Positions 37,725 through 53,611 of a DNA stretch of 64,000 nt are shown here, piece after piece. Source of the stretch: Thalia democratica (taxonomy: Eukaryota); contig OZ241831.1 in the NCBI GenBank assembly GCA_965202585.1, positions 41,168,001 through 41,232,000 of the forward strand, given 5' to 3'. The position numbers and the translations under genes were made by a program. The notes under the pieces are model-generated. The model was not told the origin of the DNA and did not search any database. It saw nothing but the letters and a program-made list of their open reading frames with translations. The number at the start of each line of letters is the position of its first letter. Positions within the stretch are counted from its first letter, which is position 1.

Positions 37725-40700
37725 TTTATATTTATACTCACTTAAAAGTATTTCTAGTTTGAATTTGTTTTAATTTGAATATTTTTATAATTTTGTAACA
37801 ATATAAGACTATTCTAAAGTAATAAAAAGCTATCCATGAATTAAAATAACTAGTTTCTAAACTTTCTGAAAAATTGTTTCATGAAAAATACTTGATAATG
37901 ATTGGGACAAATATTGTGAACTTTTTTTAGAAGCATGTTGTATTCTAATTTTAACATAGCTTTATTTTATTTTTTATCCTTTAGGTTAGTTTATTGCTAA
38001 ATAATCTTAACAAAATTAAAAAAAATTTGATAAAGTTTCATGTTCCTCAATTAACAAAATTACAAAATATTGATGATACCTACAGAATAAACTTTTATAA
38101 AAATGATACAATGTTCTAAAATACTCAAACAGCTTTATACAGCTATTAGCTAATTTGACTGTTAGAAGTAAAATTACTGTTCTATTAAAATGTATTCTCT
38201 CAAATATCGAACTTTTTTCTTTAAGTTTTAATGTAAACAGACAAAAAGTTCTATACGTTTAATAGACGAAGCCCTTTTGTACTAAATTTTTAAATGTTAA
38301 AAACTTTCTTACTATTAATTTTTAGTAATTCAAACATGGAATAAAAAAAAATTACTTATTTGTTAAGTTAAGGTTAAGTTATTTAAATGTTTGTCTATTA
38401 AAATACTTTGAAACTTTTGTAGTCAAATAATAAAATATATTTATACAAAATATCACATTTACAAAATATTTTCTACTTTTAGTTTTAAATTATTTTTTTG
38501 AAACTTTAAAAAACTATTCTCGTTTCTTATTTATGCATAAGTTACAGCGTACATTCTAATTATACGCTTTAATTAATGCTTTGATTATCCGTTACTTGTT
38601 TTAGTTAATAACAAAAAGTTAATAATTTTAACTTAACTTTTATAGAATATTTTAAATAAACGATTAAACTAATGTTTTAAGAAAACATCAACTTTTAAAC
38701 TACAGTTTTATCCATAACAAATGTAAATAATAGTTTTATATACAACTCTAATAAATAAAATTATTTAAAATTTAGAGTTTAATATAAATAGTTTAAGTTT
38801 TGTATTTTATTAATAATTACACAATATAAAGACACATTATCACAAAATTCTGTCAATCAACAATTGACTTGAAAAATTTACGGATTTTTCAAAGCTTAGT
38901 AGTTGTAATGATGCATCATATTTTTAACAGGAGTACAAAACCGATGTTTGTTAAACAGGTGGTCTCACTTCGTAAAGTCTTAATGGTCTAAATAAGCTTG
39001 AGTGTTAACAAAAAGACTTTGTTTGCTTAATATATTTAAAATTTTTTGTAATTCGTTCTACTAAGTTTTAAATAACTAGAAATTTGCTATTTTTTATAAA
39101 TTATGGATCAATTTACGTATGAAAAAATCTATAATCTTTTCTTAATAAAATATATCAAGTTTCTTAAAAAAAAAGAAAACTTAACTTGTTTCTAAAGTCT
39201 AAAAGACTGTTCACGTATAATTTTAGTTTTTTATGAAATGTTTCCTTTCAAATGAGATTCAATTCACTTCAAGTGTACTTATCATGTTGAAGATGTGATT
39301 TTAGCAGCTAAAATGAGGTGTCGAATGTTTTCTATTTTGGCTTCGAATGTCACTTAAAACGACAGGTTTGAACAAGAAGTTGTATTGATCAGTTATGTTT
39401 TTTTGAGACGGTAACGTAATTTCCTAAAAAATAGTAGTTGAATATTCTTTTTCAAAGAATAATAAAAATGATTTTTTAAACTCACAAAAATATTATACTA
39501 AGTACTTACAGCACCACCTAAAATTATGAATAAATTAGCTTGCTCTATTAAAGGTAAAGTAGTCCTAATTTTAAGTGCATTTTTTAAAAATTCAAGGTCG
39601 CAGGAAAATATATTAATTTAGTTAGGTTTCATGAAAAGCTCGTAATTAAACTAGACGTTTTGAAGTATTATAAAAAGTAGCATTGGAAACAACACAAAAC
39701 ATAGCTTTTAATCAAAACAACAACATAAAGGGTAGACTTTAAAAGTACATGAACATATTTTTAAAATAGCTTATATAAATAGTTAAAAATACAAAAAAGA
39801 AAATTAATCTTAAATAAATAGAAAACAAGTAATATCTTTTAAATGATATCTTTATAAAGCAAAAACTGCCAAAATTCACTTTTCTGTGATTTTTCTTCGA
39901 ATCAAACACTTTAAAGGTAATTTAAAGATAGATAAATTGTACCAAACACAAAAGATGCTTTAATAGATTAAGAATAAAGTAAAAATAACTACTTTTCTTA
40001 TATAGATTTATATTTATTTTTTTTTAGTTTAGTTTAAACACATGAACGCTACCTATGAAACTAAAAACAAGTTTACACTAAAACCTTAGATGCTATTTTT
40101 GAATAGCAGATTTTTAAATATACATCTAAAAGTTCTAACAGCTTTACTTGCTAAATTTTTTGTTTACTTTTCAAACACTAATATTAATAAAATAATTTGT
40201 TAATTTAAACTAAGCTACTCATATTAGTTTAAACAACTAGAATTTCTAAAAACTTAATACGGAACTTTAAAACTAACAACTAATAATTAACAGACAATTC
40301 AAGTGACAACATTTATAATACGTTTTTAGACTTTAGCACAAAGATAGCTATTTTTTTTTCCTTTTTGCCAATTCAAAGTTGGTCTTTTTGACATCTAACA
40401 GATGAAGTTAACAAATAGACAAGATACTACTAACTATCATATTTTATTGGTTTCATAATTTACCAACTTTATACGAATAATAAGTACTATGCGTTTTCTA
40501 TCCTTAATATATGGCTTTTTATTTGACCAAAGAACACTGATATAATTTTTAATTTTTTGTTTCTGTTATATAGTTTGAAATGAAAGGAAATGTTTTTTTC
40601 AAAATTTTTAAAAAGCTTATTGTACTCGTTAAATATTGTTTGGAATTTTTTTATCAACCAAAGAAAATGTTATCTTAAAGTTTAGTCTAAATAACTACAT

Positions 40701-43700
40701 TCTTTATAGATAAGAACACAACTAAAACTGATTGATACATTTTTTAGTTTAAATGTATAACTTCTTATTAACTGCTAGTATAACAAAACAGTATGTTTTT
40801 AAACACTTCTGTATTGTTTCTTTGTACATTTTACATTTTATCTACGTCGTCGTTTCCGTAATATAGTTTATAAATTTCGAAAAAAACAGTATTTAGTTAG
40901 GTTTTCAACTAGAAAAATATAATACAGAATCATAACGAAACAGATTTTAGAAGAACTTAATGACAATTTATACCACATAAATTACTTACTTTTTTATAAC
41001 TCAATCACAATATATTCTAACAAAACTATTTATAAACCCTATATATAAGTTCTATAACAGTTTAGTTCAAATAATGGTTACTAGATACAATTGAAAAAAA
41101 TTATGAAAAGTTTAGTGTTTCTGTCCCTCTTTTTTCAAGTTTTTCTGACTAAAAAAACAATCAAATGTAAATTTGTCAAGGTAAATTGTCAAGGTAAATT
41201 AACTTATTTGGACAAAGTTTTTTATAAAAAAAACTTTACACACAAAACATTTATAGATAATTTATTCACATATTTCGGCTAAAGCTTATCTATTATATCT
41301 GTTAGCAACTAAAATTAAGTAAATTGCAGTAAGTTACAATTTAATTAAGCATAAAACACAATTAAATGAAATAAACAAAACGAAAAACTTATAATAGTTT
41401 ATACAGGTATGGTTTAATTATATAAGAATTTTTGTTCACACAATTTAGGTTTAGACGTCTTAGTAAACATAAATTTTAAAATAGTTCAGCTACAATAAAT
41501 TTACAAAAATACAAAAAAAAGTTGACTTTTAAAGTTAAACTAGTTTTTCTAGTTATATAGTAAATTGATTTATTTTAACAAATTAAAACTTGTCAAAAAG
41601 TGCTTATATTTTTGTTATTAACAGAATTTTAAAAGTATAATTAATTAATAATGACTTTGAACATGATTTTTTTCAGTGATGTATTAGTCGTATTAATTTG
41701 CATACATAAACTTCACATTTTTTATTAAAACTAAAAAAGCTACTTATAGAGTAAACTTTTATCAATATTTTTTTTTAAGATTAAAAAAGTAAAAAACATT
41801 TGCGTTATACTAAAAAAGGTTATAAAACCTTTAATTATAGATAAAAGATAACAAAAATGTTTCATACTTAGTTGTCTGTATTTTATCATTTATCAAATGA
41901 CATCAAAACTTAGCGCTTTTAAGATATCTGTTTGAAGGTTCTTATCTATAAAAGTAAAAATTTTTAGGATACTTTTCTAGTTTTGCAAATTTTTTATTCT
42001 ACTTTACTTAAAAATTCTATTAGTAGTTTTCTTGCCATTTTTACCAATTTTAACCTATACTCATATAATTAAATCTTTAGTAAACCATACATTTAATAGA
42101 GAGCTTTAATACAAATACTAAAAAATTTAAAAACTTTAAAAACAAAATAAATACTGTTAATAAGTTTTCTTTTTCTTTTTATGCAAAACTTATTTTCTTA
42201 CTAAACAATTGAAAGTTTATACGTGTGATATACGACTCGTAACTGAAAGGTTCCTTTGTACCACGGGTCCTTAGACCAAACTTTTTGAGCGCTTTTTTAT
42301 CCTTCAATAAACAATATGTAACTAGATAAAGCATTAAATTGAGATTTTGATGAAATTTATTTGACTTTGAAGTTTTAATAAAAGAATAAATTGAATAGAA
42401 GGTCTTTATATTACTAACATTAGTATAAAAATTTGTTTTTTATTTTGAAACAAAATGTTGCAGCTTTAAGCAATAACAGCAACTTTAACAGCAAAAATAT
42501 AAAATAAGAAATAACTACAAAAATAATAACAAATTTTACTTGATTATTGTGCAAAATATAACAAAACAATTTAGTATTTAAGTTTTAAAAAAATAGTTTA
42601 TTTAATTTGCACAAACTTATGATAAATTTTTTGGTTAATGGTAGTTTACAAATTTATTTACATAAATATAACACAAACTGGTTACTTTATTTTCATCGTC
42701 GCTACTAAAGTGTGTTGTTTTATATGTCTGAATTATGTTTGTTAATAAAGATTTTAACCTGTTTTTTTTATTTTAACAACAGTTATGAAATTAATTAAAA
42801 ATTTTTTAGTATTTTAAACATTTTTATATGTCTTCTGATAAGAATTTTTTAAGCCTACTTAACTACTTTATTCACTTGTAGTTTTTAATACTTTTGAGAC
42901 TTTGACAAAACATTCATTCTTAGTTTTGTGAGAAAACTTGCCTTTTGATTGTAAATTACTGAGTTTAGCTAAACAAAGTTTATAGAGAAGCAAAGTTAAT
43001 GTTTATTTTTTAAAGTGTTTAATTTATATTATAGTGATTTAAAATTAGAATCAATATTTTGATGTCAGTTCAAAGCATTTAAAATAAAAATTAATTTTAT
43101 AAATTTATATCACAGATTCAATACAGTTACAAATTTAAATTAAAAGGTATTTATTATTTTATAAAAAGTAGCACTTTTTTAAGTATTTCTTTTATGTTAC
43201 TACTTTTAACCTGCTTCAAAAATAGAAAAAATTAAAAATTAACTTGATTTATATGCATTATTTTGAAACATATTATATAACATATTGTATAACATATTTA
43301 TATATCAAATATATATAATAAAAGTTACTTTAAGTAAAGCTTATAAAAGTTATACAGTGAGATATGACGAAGACCTTAAGCTTAAAATTCGGCTTTTTCA
43401 ACGATGAAAAAAACAAGATAGATACAAAACAGAAATCACAAGAAAATTTGACGACGGATTGTGTCATTTTTATTCTGTTTAACATCAAAATCCTCGAAAT
43501 AAACATTTTTAAATTATTTACTTTATAGTACTTATTTGTTTTTTACTTTTTATTACAGAAATACTAGTATGAATGCTAAAGAAATTAGACTTTTTTGTTA
43601 ATTTGTTTAGGCTAATTTATTTAGTACTTATAACTTTGTTTAACTTAATTGCATTACAAAGCTTACCGTGTTAAATCTTTAAAGAAACAAAAAAAATTTA

Positions 43701-46544
43701 ATAAAACAAATAATTCAAAAGTAGTTTTGAAACCTTGAGTTTACTTAGTTTATCTTGCGTTTCTCTTTTTCGCTTAATGTTTTATATTTTAAAATAAAAT
43801 TTCTTATTCAACTTGTTGTTTTTCTTACAAATTTATTTAAAACTAAAAATATTCTACAAAATTTTTTGACATAAAAAATCCAATATAAAACAAAACATTC
43901 TATTTTTTAAAAACCTTTTCATTTAGCAATTCTAAATCTTAACTTTTATAAAGTACTATGATTTATTAGGCTTATTATTTTGTCAAATTTTATTTCTGAT
44001 TAGTATGTTTGTGTGTAAAATAAGTTTCTAAAAGCATTTAATAAAAGAAAAATATTTTGCTTTTAAATTTCTATATAGTGCAAAAAAGTACTTAAAACAA
44101 AAATTTATTGATAATTTTATTTTCAAGCTCTTTTAAGTAAATAAAAAAGAAAAGTTACAACCTGCAAAAAGGTAATACGCTGTCAACTCAAAAAACGAAT
44201 AAACAAATTATGATATTCTTTGAAAAATAAGCTTCAAGTTTCGCTGTATACAAATTTAAGAGTGTTTATAACACTTAACAGTTATAAAAACAACGTCGGA
44301 ATGATTAAAATTTAGCTTAATTGTATTGTTTAATAAACGATGAAAAAGCCTTCCAAAAGTTTGGTCTTAGCATCTTATGTACGTATGAACTTTTGGATTA
44401 CCGAGTCGCACACAACATACTTATAAAATGTTTTACGAGCTAATAAATATAATTTTTAAAACTTTAAATTTTTAAACTACACCAAACAAAACAAATACTG
44501 AAAAGGAAGAAAAAAATTACATTTATTTATCTTTTATTTTTAAAACATTTAAACATTTAAAGTTGTAATTTTTCAGAGTGTACTTATAAAATAAAAATTC
44601 AAAAGATGTTATTTTACATTAAAAAAAATTATTAATAAATAGTTAATAATTAAAACTTATTGTGTTTTTTTAGTTTAAAATGTACTTAATTTTGTGAGCT
44701 ACTTGAAAAAATAAAAAACAACAGTTTTTGTTACATTATCATAAACACAAAACAATCATAAATATTTTAGCTAAATTACTTCGATTGCTTCAAGATAGTA
44801 GTTGAATAAGTTAACTGTTTAAAATTTTTCCAGCATTCTGCTTTTGATAAAAATAAAAACAATAGAAATTGTTATTTTGTTTTAAGCACAAAAGTGTCAA
44901 TCATTTTTCAATTTTATTTTTATTTTAAGAAATTCAGTATTCTACCAAACTTCAAGCTTATCTGATATAATTTATAAGACTGTATAAAACATTTTTTTTA
45001 GATAATTGTAATTACTAATTAATATATATTAATATGAATAGTGAATACTCAATCTGTAAACAATTGGCTAAAACAAATATAAAATCTAACAAAAACCCAG
45101 ATGCTATTAATTGATGCCAATGGCTTCTATCGGAGTATTTCTAGTAAGCTGCTTGAAAAAGTAAAACTGAAATTTATATAAATATATAATTTAAACTAAA
45201 TTGTAACAACAATCTTAAATTAAAACTTTTAGACAATTTTTTTAAACAATTTTGTTAAACAACAGCTTTTACATGTTGTTCTTTAAAATATTTTTTTTTT
45301 TGTTTTTGTTTTAAGTTTTATTTTTCTAGCTATATTAGTCTAGCTTTAAATTTAATTTGATTTAGTTGACTGCTAATTTAGTTTAGATGTTTATATATTA
45401 ATAAAAAGTTCACAATTGTTAAAATATTTTAAAGTTTGTTTCTTTTTTTTTGTAAATTTTTACTTAATCTTTTTTTTAACCTTAAGTAGGATTTTTTCTA
45501 AGAACTATACGTTTTATCGAACTATGTTAGACGTAGCATATAGTTATATTAAAGTAGTTGGCTGAAAGAATAGTTTCAATAAATAAGAAAATAGTTTTAT
45601 AATAATTTTATAGAGTAATTTAAGAGTTATTACACTTTAGCATAACTATAAGACTTTGTTTGTATTCAATTTATGAATATGAAAAATTATTTGAATATAT
45701 CTTACAATAAGTATTACACAATTGATTTAAATATAGCATGGTAGATTTTAAAATTTAGTTTTTTTTACAACAGTTTTTGAAAAGTTTTAGAAATTGTTTA
45801 TTCACTCTTTGAAATGGGTATTAAAATAAATGATCATAATCGTATATAATACCTTGAATTATTTCAGTGATAGTCTTTTTTTATAACATTGACTGCTGTT
45901 TGTTAGTAATAATACAAGCATCATTATTTATAATTTTTTTTAAATATGTATTGGTCTTTTAACTAATGTTTACAATAATAAAAATGGTACATTTTGTTTG
46001 TTTAAATTCTTACTTAACCATTGAAATGTGAAAAATCTTAAAGTTTTGGTTGAGGAAAATAATAGTATACATTCGTTTAGTCTCTGATTTACAAAGCTTT
46101 AATCAATGACACTTTTTAACAATTTTTTTGACTAGAGTAAGTGACATACAAAATTAAACAACAATTTTTTTGAAAGTTTAAGCTGCTATGATACCTATAA
46201 ATAACAGGTCAAAAAACATATCGAAGACAATGTTGAAATTTAAAACTAACCTCAAAGTATTAATCATTTTATAATTAGTATCAAATAAATATAGAAAAAT
46301 CAGGTTGATTTTGAAAAACTTAAAATGTCTTTAAAAGTTAAAAAACTTCATAAACGTTTTCTAAAAGCAAAATAGTAATAAAATATATATTACAAATGTA
46401 TGTTTTTTACTTATTTACGTTTAGTTTTAATGATAAGATAACAAAAATTGTTTATGTGTATAGTAAAATTGAAGATTCTTTATATCAAAATTTAAAATAG
46501 AATAAAATATAGCTGTTTAAAAAATTAAAAAATGAACATTTATT

Positions 46545-46670
46545 GTTTTTATTACCCACCTCACAATTAAAGAGGGCATTTTAACCAAGCTTAAAAAATA
46601 CGAATATTTACAAGAAGAACTTTAATTTGCGTAAAAAACACATTTTTCTTGAGCTCACGCGTTTAGTTTG
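46545..46670 (-). repeat. Inverted copy of module M9
   Basis: AAGAGGGCATTTTAACCAAGC..AATTTGCGTAAAA. Confidence 0.7.
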
Positions 46671-47270
46671 AGTAGAATTAAAACTTAAATATTTTTCACA
46701 AGAGTGTCAGAATAATTGTTCTTAAGAGCTAGTGTACGAAAGTCTTTTTAAATATTGAGCGTACAGTACACCGCAATGTTAATTTTTACATTAACCCATT
46801 ATCCGTTTGTTATCAATTCAGGTTAATGTATCTCTCATAGGTAATTCAGTGATGAATACTTATTTGTATGTAAACTTTGTTATTAATAGTATTTTTTCGA
46901 GAAAAAAAATTTATGTCAAAAAGAACAATATGTATTTAAAAAGTATCGAAATGAACAAAGTATACATATTTGTATGGGATTTCTATAAACATTAAAAACT
47001 AAATTTATTTTATGTAAAGTGTTTGATCTTTGTAAGCTAACACGAAAAAAAATGTATCTCAAAGAATTTTAAAAATCGAGAGTTTAAATTCGCGTTTTTT
47101 TATTACGCTTAAACATTTTACTACATTGTGTAAAACTTCCACGACTTGGTTTATTACGTATGTATAAAAACAGCTAGTTACCGGATAATTACGAACAACC
47201 TAATAAGGGAAATCTTTTTTACATTCAAAATGACAAAATTTAATTTTGTCGCGTCAACACTACTTAATGG

Positions 47271-47560
47271 ATGGATGTCAAATTTACACGAGCGTAGAAA
47301 ACTGCACAAAAGACAAAATTGCACGAAGACACTTTAGCACGAGCAAACAATTTTTTACGGAGACATTTTTGCATGGGTAAAATTCTATTTTTAGTTTTAT
47401 TTTATAGTTTTTTTATTAATTTTAATTTTTTCTAAATTATCACTGTTACCCCTAACCTTCACCCTCGATCTGTAACTTTTTGTTTTATTTATTTATTTTC
47501 TAGTTTCTTTTTTGTTTTTTAACTCAAAAAACTCTTTTAACCAAAAGTGTAAAAAGTGTA
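47271..47560. mobile_element. Truncated MITE/foldback-like non-autonomous element (left arm plus core)
   Basis: Tandem (TG)CACGA repeats followed by TATCACTGTTACCCCTAACC..ACCCTC, shared with 54471-54886; absent from the homologous M6-M7 intervals elsewhere. Confidence 0.6.
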
Positions 47561-48411
47561 TTAGTAACTTTTAATTTTGTATTTAATCGAAGATACATTT
47601 TTATGATTACTTCAAACAAATAAACTTGTTAGCACCTGTTACTAAGCTATCAATTCAAACCAGAAGTAATTGTGATTTTAGCTACGATAAACTCCATTTA
47701 TTTAAACTCATACTGGTATATAAAGGAGATATCCTAACAAGTAAAAGGCAACAAAAATTAACCTTTTCTCACGTTCGTGATATTTTAAACATCTTGGTAA
47801 AGTTTACTCTATTTTCTTATAGATAAGTTTGTTATGTTTTTGAAGAAAAAAAACTGTTTTTGTTTAGAGATTATAAAATATTCTTTCTTTAAGTAGTATA
47901 AATTTATTTCTGAAATAATAAAAAAATTCATATTATATTTCAAAGATATTCTTCTAAAAAGTTTTTAACATTCAATTCTAAAGTAGTAACACAAGTACAC
48001 AAAATTTCATAAGTGTAAATTATTATCTTTTTTAGCAGTAAAGTAGTTTTTATAACTAAAGGTCTTTAAAAATACCAAAAGACAGCTAAGGAAATAAATG
48101 ATATGTAGTTATAAGCAAGTAATATATATAACTCAGACAAAAAATTAACAAGTTATTATTTTAAACTAAATGAAGAAAGTTTAATTTAAAAAAATAATGA
48201 ATTAAACGCACCTTATTTAAATCGATATTAAATGGTTAAAAGTGTTTTAATTTTAAAATATATAAATGTGTCTTAAACTTACTTTAAAACTATAATTGCT
48301 TTTAATTGATTTCTCATTTAAAAGTCTTAAGTTAAGAAATTATGAATACTCTAAAAAATATGATACACTTTTTATAACATACACATTTACAAATAATTAA
48401 AATCTTCTTTT

Positions 48412-48623
48412 AAGTACTTGAAAAGATGACGAGAAAAAATAACGATAAAATCATCTTATGATTGAGCACTTGTAATATGTATGTTGAAAATCTTGCGGCA
48501 AATGTTAACAAAAAAGGGGGTGATATCTTTCTATGACATCACAGCGTGAGTTGTTATTATAAGTTCAGGTGTTTAAAGATAGCGTTTCCGTATTTTGACT
48601 TTACAAGTGCTTTTTATTATGAT
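48412..48623. repeat. Module M5 copy 4
   Basis: Same core; lies inside a ~0.9 kb duplication 47740-48650 / 52175-53190. Confidence 0.8.
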
Positions 48624-49595
48624 ATATCTATTTTACTCCGAGCAAAGTTTAAGATTTTAACCTTTTATAGAAATTGTGTATCTATAAAAGTTAAATTTTT
48701 AGACACTTTTTATTTTAATGAAACACCTTAAAGTAATCAGAATGGAAGTTCACACAAACTTTGAAAATATTTGTTTATGAGTTAGAAAACTTTTTTTACA
48801 TTTTAATTAATAATATTCGTAGTGATTAACAATACTGAAAAATATTGGATAAAACTCTTTTTAGTACGACTTTTAAATTTGATTTTGAATTGAATCAAAA
48901 CATCTGAAAACATTTTATAAAACATATACTTCAAAAAATTAAACATTAAAGATTTACAACCAGCTGAGAATAAAACCTTATCGCCTTAAATGATAACTTG
49001 ACACAACAAGTTGTGACTTTAGTTGACAAATAATAATCATTATCTATTTGCTGCTAATTTAAGGGTGGTCTTCACACTTAACAACTATAGAAGCAACTTT
49101 ATTACTTGTTGTAATTTTAAGAGATGTATTCTCAATGTAAAGACACAAAACATTCTACTGTTTATTTAACAATAAAAGAAAATCGCTCAAAAATTTTAGT
49201 CTAAATACCTGGTGTATGAATAAATCTATCAGTTAGAGAGTGATACATAACATTTTTACACTTAAAAAAAGTAAATTAAAAAACTTAATTTAATTTCTTA
49301 AGTATTTTTTCTCTATTTTTAAATACGTTGATAATTTTTAATGGTGCATGTTTGTAGCAACAAAAAAGAATTAGTTATAGTGTTCTGTTACAATATTCAA
49401 ATTAATTATTTTTTTAAATTTGTTTAACATATTTTCATTTGATAAAAATAGTAATATAAGTTATTATTGATTTCAAGTATTTAAGGTGGTAATACTTATT
49501 TATTATAAACAATATCGAAACTTTAGAGAGTTAAAAAAAATCTTTTAAACAAAGAAAAAAAACTGCTTTATTAATCACCACACGAGCGAAACACG

Positions 49596-50035
49596 AGTGA
49601 AGAGGGCATCTTTAACCAAGCTTTAAAAAGCAAGAATATCTACAAAGTGAATTTCAATTTGCGTAAATACTAAAATTTTCTTAAACTGACCCGTTCAACT
49701 GGCGTTAATTGAAACTTAAACTTTTATCATTATCATTTAAGATATAAGAATTAAACACTGCGCTTGCAATTCAAATAAAAATCCAATAAAATAATTAAGC
49801 CTGGTAATCTAAACATAACTTAGTTTTCTTTATACCTAAATTTATAAAAAGTACGTTACTGAAAATTAAATTGATATTTTGAATTTAATTTAATTTTTTT
49901 TTACTTGTTTGATTTTCGATTATTCATCAAAAAGGACACTTTTGAACTGTCAAAATCAACATAGTATGAGAGGTCATCTTTGTTAGTAAATAGCTTCATT
50001 TAGCAATACCGACATGATAATAGGTTCAATGGTGT
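49596..50035 (-). repeat. Inverted copy of modules M9+M8
   Basis: GTGAAGAGGGCATCTTTAACC..TTTTGAACTGTCAAAATCAACATAGTATGAG; block 49370-50080 matches about 22650-23350. Confidence 0.8.
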
Positions 50036-50379
50036 CATCTTAATAAAGAAAAACTTGAAAAGACAATTTTTTACCTTTTAGGAAAAAAATATAAATTTTT
50101 CTTAGTTTAACTTTATGACAATCTAGTTTATAGAGTACAAAGATAATTTTTTGTTATATACTTTTTTTATGAGACTAATAAACAGAAAGAAAAAATTATC
50201 CTAAATATGTTTTGTTAAACATATCTAGTTGAAGCTTAGGTTTGAATAATTTAAAGGAATAGAAATAATTAATCAAAACAGTTTATGAGTTTTCATTCAG
50301 TCAGTTCTAAGAAATTTAATACATTATGGTTAAATATACTTTTAAATTCAACTGATATCTTTTGTTAAGCATAACAATA

Positions 50380-52200
50380 AGTTAGCAAATAAAAATTTGT
50401 CTTTAGAAACCTTTCTCTTTCAAAATTTAAAAGCATTTTCACTTTGAACTGACTTCAAATAAAATATTTCATTGTTAAATGCTTTGTATTACAATAATTA
50501 TGTTTGATTATGTTTATATCTTATACAATGGTAAAAATATTTTCATTTTACTGAACAAATTTTTACTATTATAAGATTTAGTTTACACAGTTTAGCCTTT
50601 TTTTTTGTAGATTTTACGAGAAAACTCGGTTTTAGTTACATTTTACTATGTGAGATTATTAATGGTTGTTCCCAATTATATGTTATAAAGTCTTATCATA
50701 ATACATTTTAGTAACTTGTTAGTTTAACTAACGCAGTTTAGTAAAACTATTCTTTTGTAACTGGTATCTTTAAAACAATTAAAATCTAAAAAATTTGATG
50801 GATAAAAAATAATTTAGAACAAATATGTTTTATGCATGATAATTTTGACTTTTTGCTCTGATGTTCATCAAATAAAGTAAAAGTGATGCTTTTATCTATC
50901 ATAAATTAAACAAAAAAGTTTAACTACTCTTATTTAAATTTTGTTCAACATAACTAATAAGTAAGTAGACTCTTTTTTAAAATAACAAGCCAGATTAAGT
51001 ACAATCGAATTTATATGGAAAAATCTACGCGGGTTATCGTAATTTATAATTAAAAGAAAATAGTTTTTTAAAACGAAATGTTATTATATAAGAACTAACT
51101 TAGCATAAATTCTTTACTTAAGTGTTGATAATGTCTGTAATTAACGAGGAGCAATAATTTACAAAAAATGAACTTTTCTTTTTTTTAAACATAAATTTTT
51201 TTAGTTTATATAAAGTTTTTTGCGGGCAAACGCGTTCTGTCTAGATTATAAAATACGAAAATAATTCAATTTTTTTTTTATTTAGCCTAACAAAACGTTA
51301 GCAAATAAAAAGTTTTCTATAAAAACATTACTCTTCAATATTTAAAATTATTTTCACTCTGAACTGACTTAAAACTTTTTTTTTAAATACTTAATACTAC
51401 AGTATTAATGCTTGAATACGTATCTTTTTAATACAATAGAACAAGTATTTTCGTTTTAAGTACATCATTGTCACTGAAATAAACAAATATATACCATATT
51501 AGTATTCAGGTTAAACAGTTAAGCCTTTATTTATAGCAGTTAAAAAAATCTCGCTTTTAGTTGTATTTTACTTTTAGAGATTAAAGCTATTTCTAGTTGT
51601 ATCATAAAAAAATAAAACTTAAGACAATAAAAATTAACAAAGTACTTAGAAACATGAGTTAAAACTACAAAAGCATAAAAAAATGTTATGAATCTAATTC
51701 AAGTTATAATTTTTTTTAAATCAATAGCAAAAAATGAATATTTTTATGCAACTTTATCGAAAAGTTAATCTAACTAAAATTATATGACTATTTGAAAACG
51801 TTTAAAAACCTAGCTTAGTTAAACAAACATGCAAGTTAAGCAAAACATTTGTCGTAAACTGGTATCTTTGAAATAATTAAAACCAAACACTCTCGTTTAT
51901 GTATAAAGTTATTTAGAACATTTAACTTTTTTGCATGAAAACTTTTAATTTTTGTTGTGATGTTAATCAATTAAAGTGATCGTGACGTACTTGTCAAAGG
52001 TTGAAGTTTAATTATAGCAACCTTTTTAAGTAACGAGCTAGATTTGGTACAGAAAGTTTTTTTATATGAAAAAATCGTTCGCGGGCCGTCGTAATGTAAA
52101 ACTAAAAAAAGAAAGAAAAGCTTTATTCAACTTTTCTAATTCTAGTCTTTGAAGGAGCAATTTAAAAAGGTTAATGATAATAAAAGACAACTTTTCTCTC
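50380..52200. repeat. Diverged tandem duplication of roughly 0.9-1 kb (50380-51280 / 51295-52200)
   Basis: GTTAGCAAATAAAAA..TGAACTGACTT, AACTGGTATCTTT and CGCGGG..TCGTAAT anchors recur in order. Confidence 0.7.
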
Positions 52201-52968
52201 GTTCGTAATTTTTTTTAGTCTTACTGAAGTTTCTAAACTATATTTTCTTGTACACAAATTTATCACGTTTTTAAGGAAAAAATAAAATGTTTTTTAAAAG
52301 AGATTATAAACTATTTTTTCTATAACTAGTATAACTATATTTCATAAAAAAATATAATATTTCACATGTTACTTCAAAAATATTCTTCAAAATAGTTTTG
52401 AAATTGTATCTAAAGAGTAACACAATTACACAAAATTTCACAAGTGTATATTATTATTTTAAATAAGTACTAAAATAGTTTTTATAACTAAAGGTCTTTA
52501 AAAATACTAAAAAACAGTAAAGTGAAATATATAATATGTTGTTAAAAGCAAATTGAAAATACAAATTATACACAAAAGTAACAAGTTGTTGTTTTATTCA
52601 CAAAGAAAATTTAAAACAAAAAATATGTTCACAAAAATTAACAAAATTTTTCAAACACTTTAAGTTCATAATCTAAGGAACATTGTTTTTCAAAAGTATT
52701 AAGAAAAGTTTTAAAAATAAATTAAAACGTAGAACGTTTAATTTCAAAAAAAAAAGAAACTATAAGCACCTTGTTCAAATCGATATTAAATAGTTAAAAG
52801 TGCTTCGATTACTTAATGTACAAAGGTGTATTAAACTTACTTTAAAATTAAACTTGCTTTTATTTGAAATTATTAAAAGTTTTCAAATTTAAAAAAATAT
52901 GAAAACTCTAAAAGTAATAAAATAGGTTTCATAAAATACACATTGACAAATAAGTAAACTCACCATAT

Positions 52969-53181
52969 AAGTACTTCAAATGATGGTGAGAAAAAACAAC
53001 AATAAAATCATCTTATGATTGAGCGCTTGTAATATGTAAGCTGAAAATCTTGTTGCAGGTGTTAACAAAAATAAAGGATGATATCTCTCTATGACATCAC
53101 AGTGTGAGTTGTTATTATAAGTTCAGGTGTTTAAAGATAAAGTTTCCTTCCTTTGACTTTACAAGTGCTTTTTATTATGAT
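52969..53181. repeat. Module M5 copy 5
   Basis: Same core. Confidence 0.8.
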
Positions 53182-53611
53182 TAATCATTTTGAGGTTTTT
53201 TCAATTTTAATAAAAAAACTATAAAAAGCTACATTTTTTACAAATGTTAAGATTCAAGAAGGTTCGTTTAAAGTACAAAAAGGTTGGCTTATCAAAATGA
53301 CTTAAATCGTATATGATTAAAGTAAACACAAAGCGATATTTTCATATCTTTTAACTATATAAAGTTATAAGCTAGTATATTAAAATTATTTAAATTTTGT
53401 TATTATTATTTAAAATTATACGAACTATATTTGTACTAAATAAAAACATAAAGTATAAAAGTTTTCAAAAGTACTTTAAAACCAAAATGAAAACATAATT
53501 TGATTTTTTTAATAAATAGCAAAACTTTTAAGTTTAGGTGATTTCGATAAAGTTATTATACTATAAATGCTTTAAAAAAATAAGATTGCTTGAAGAAACA
53601 AAAACACTTTT

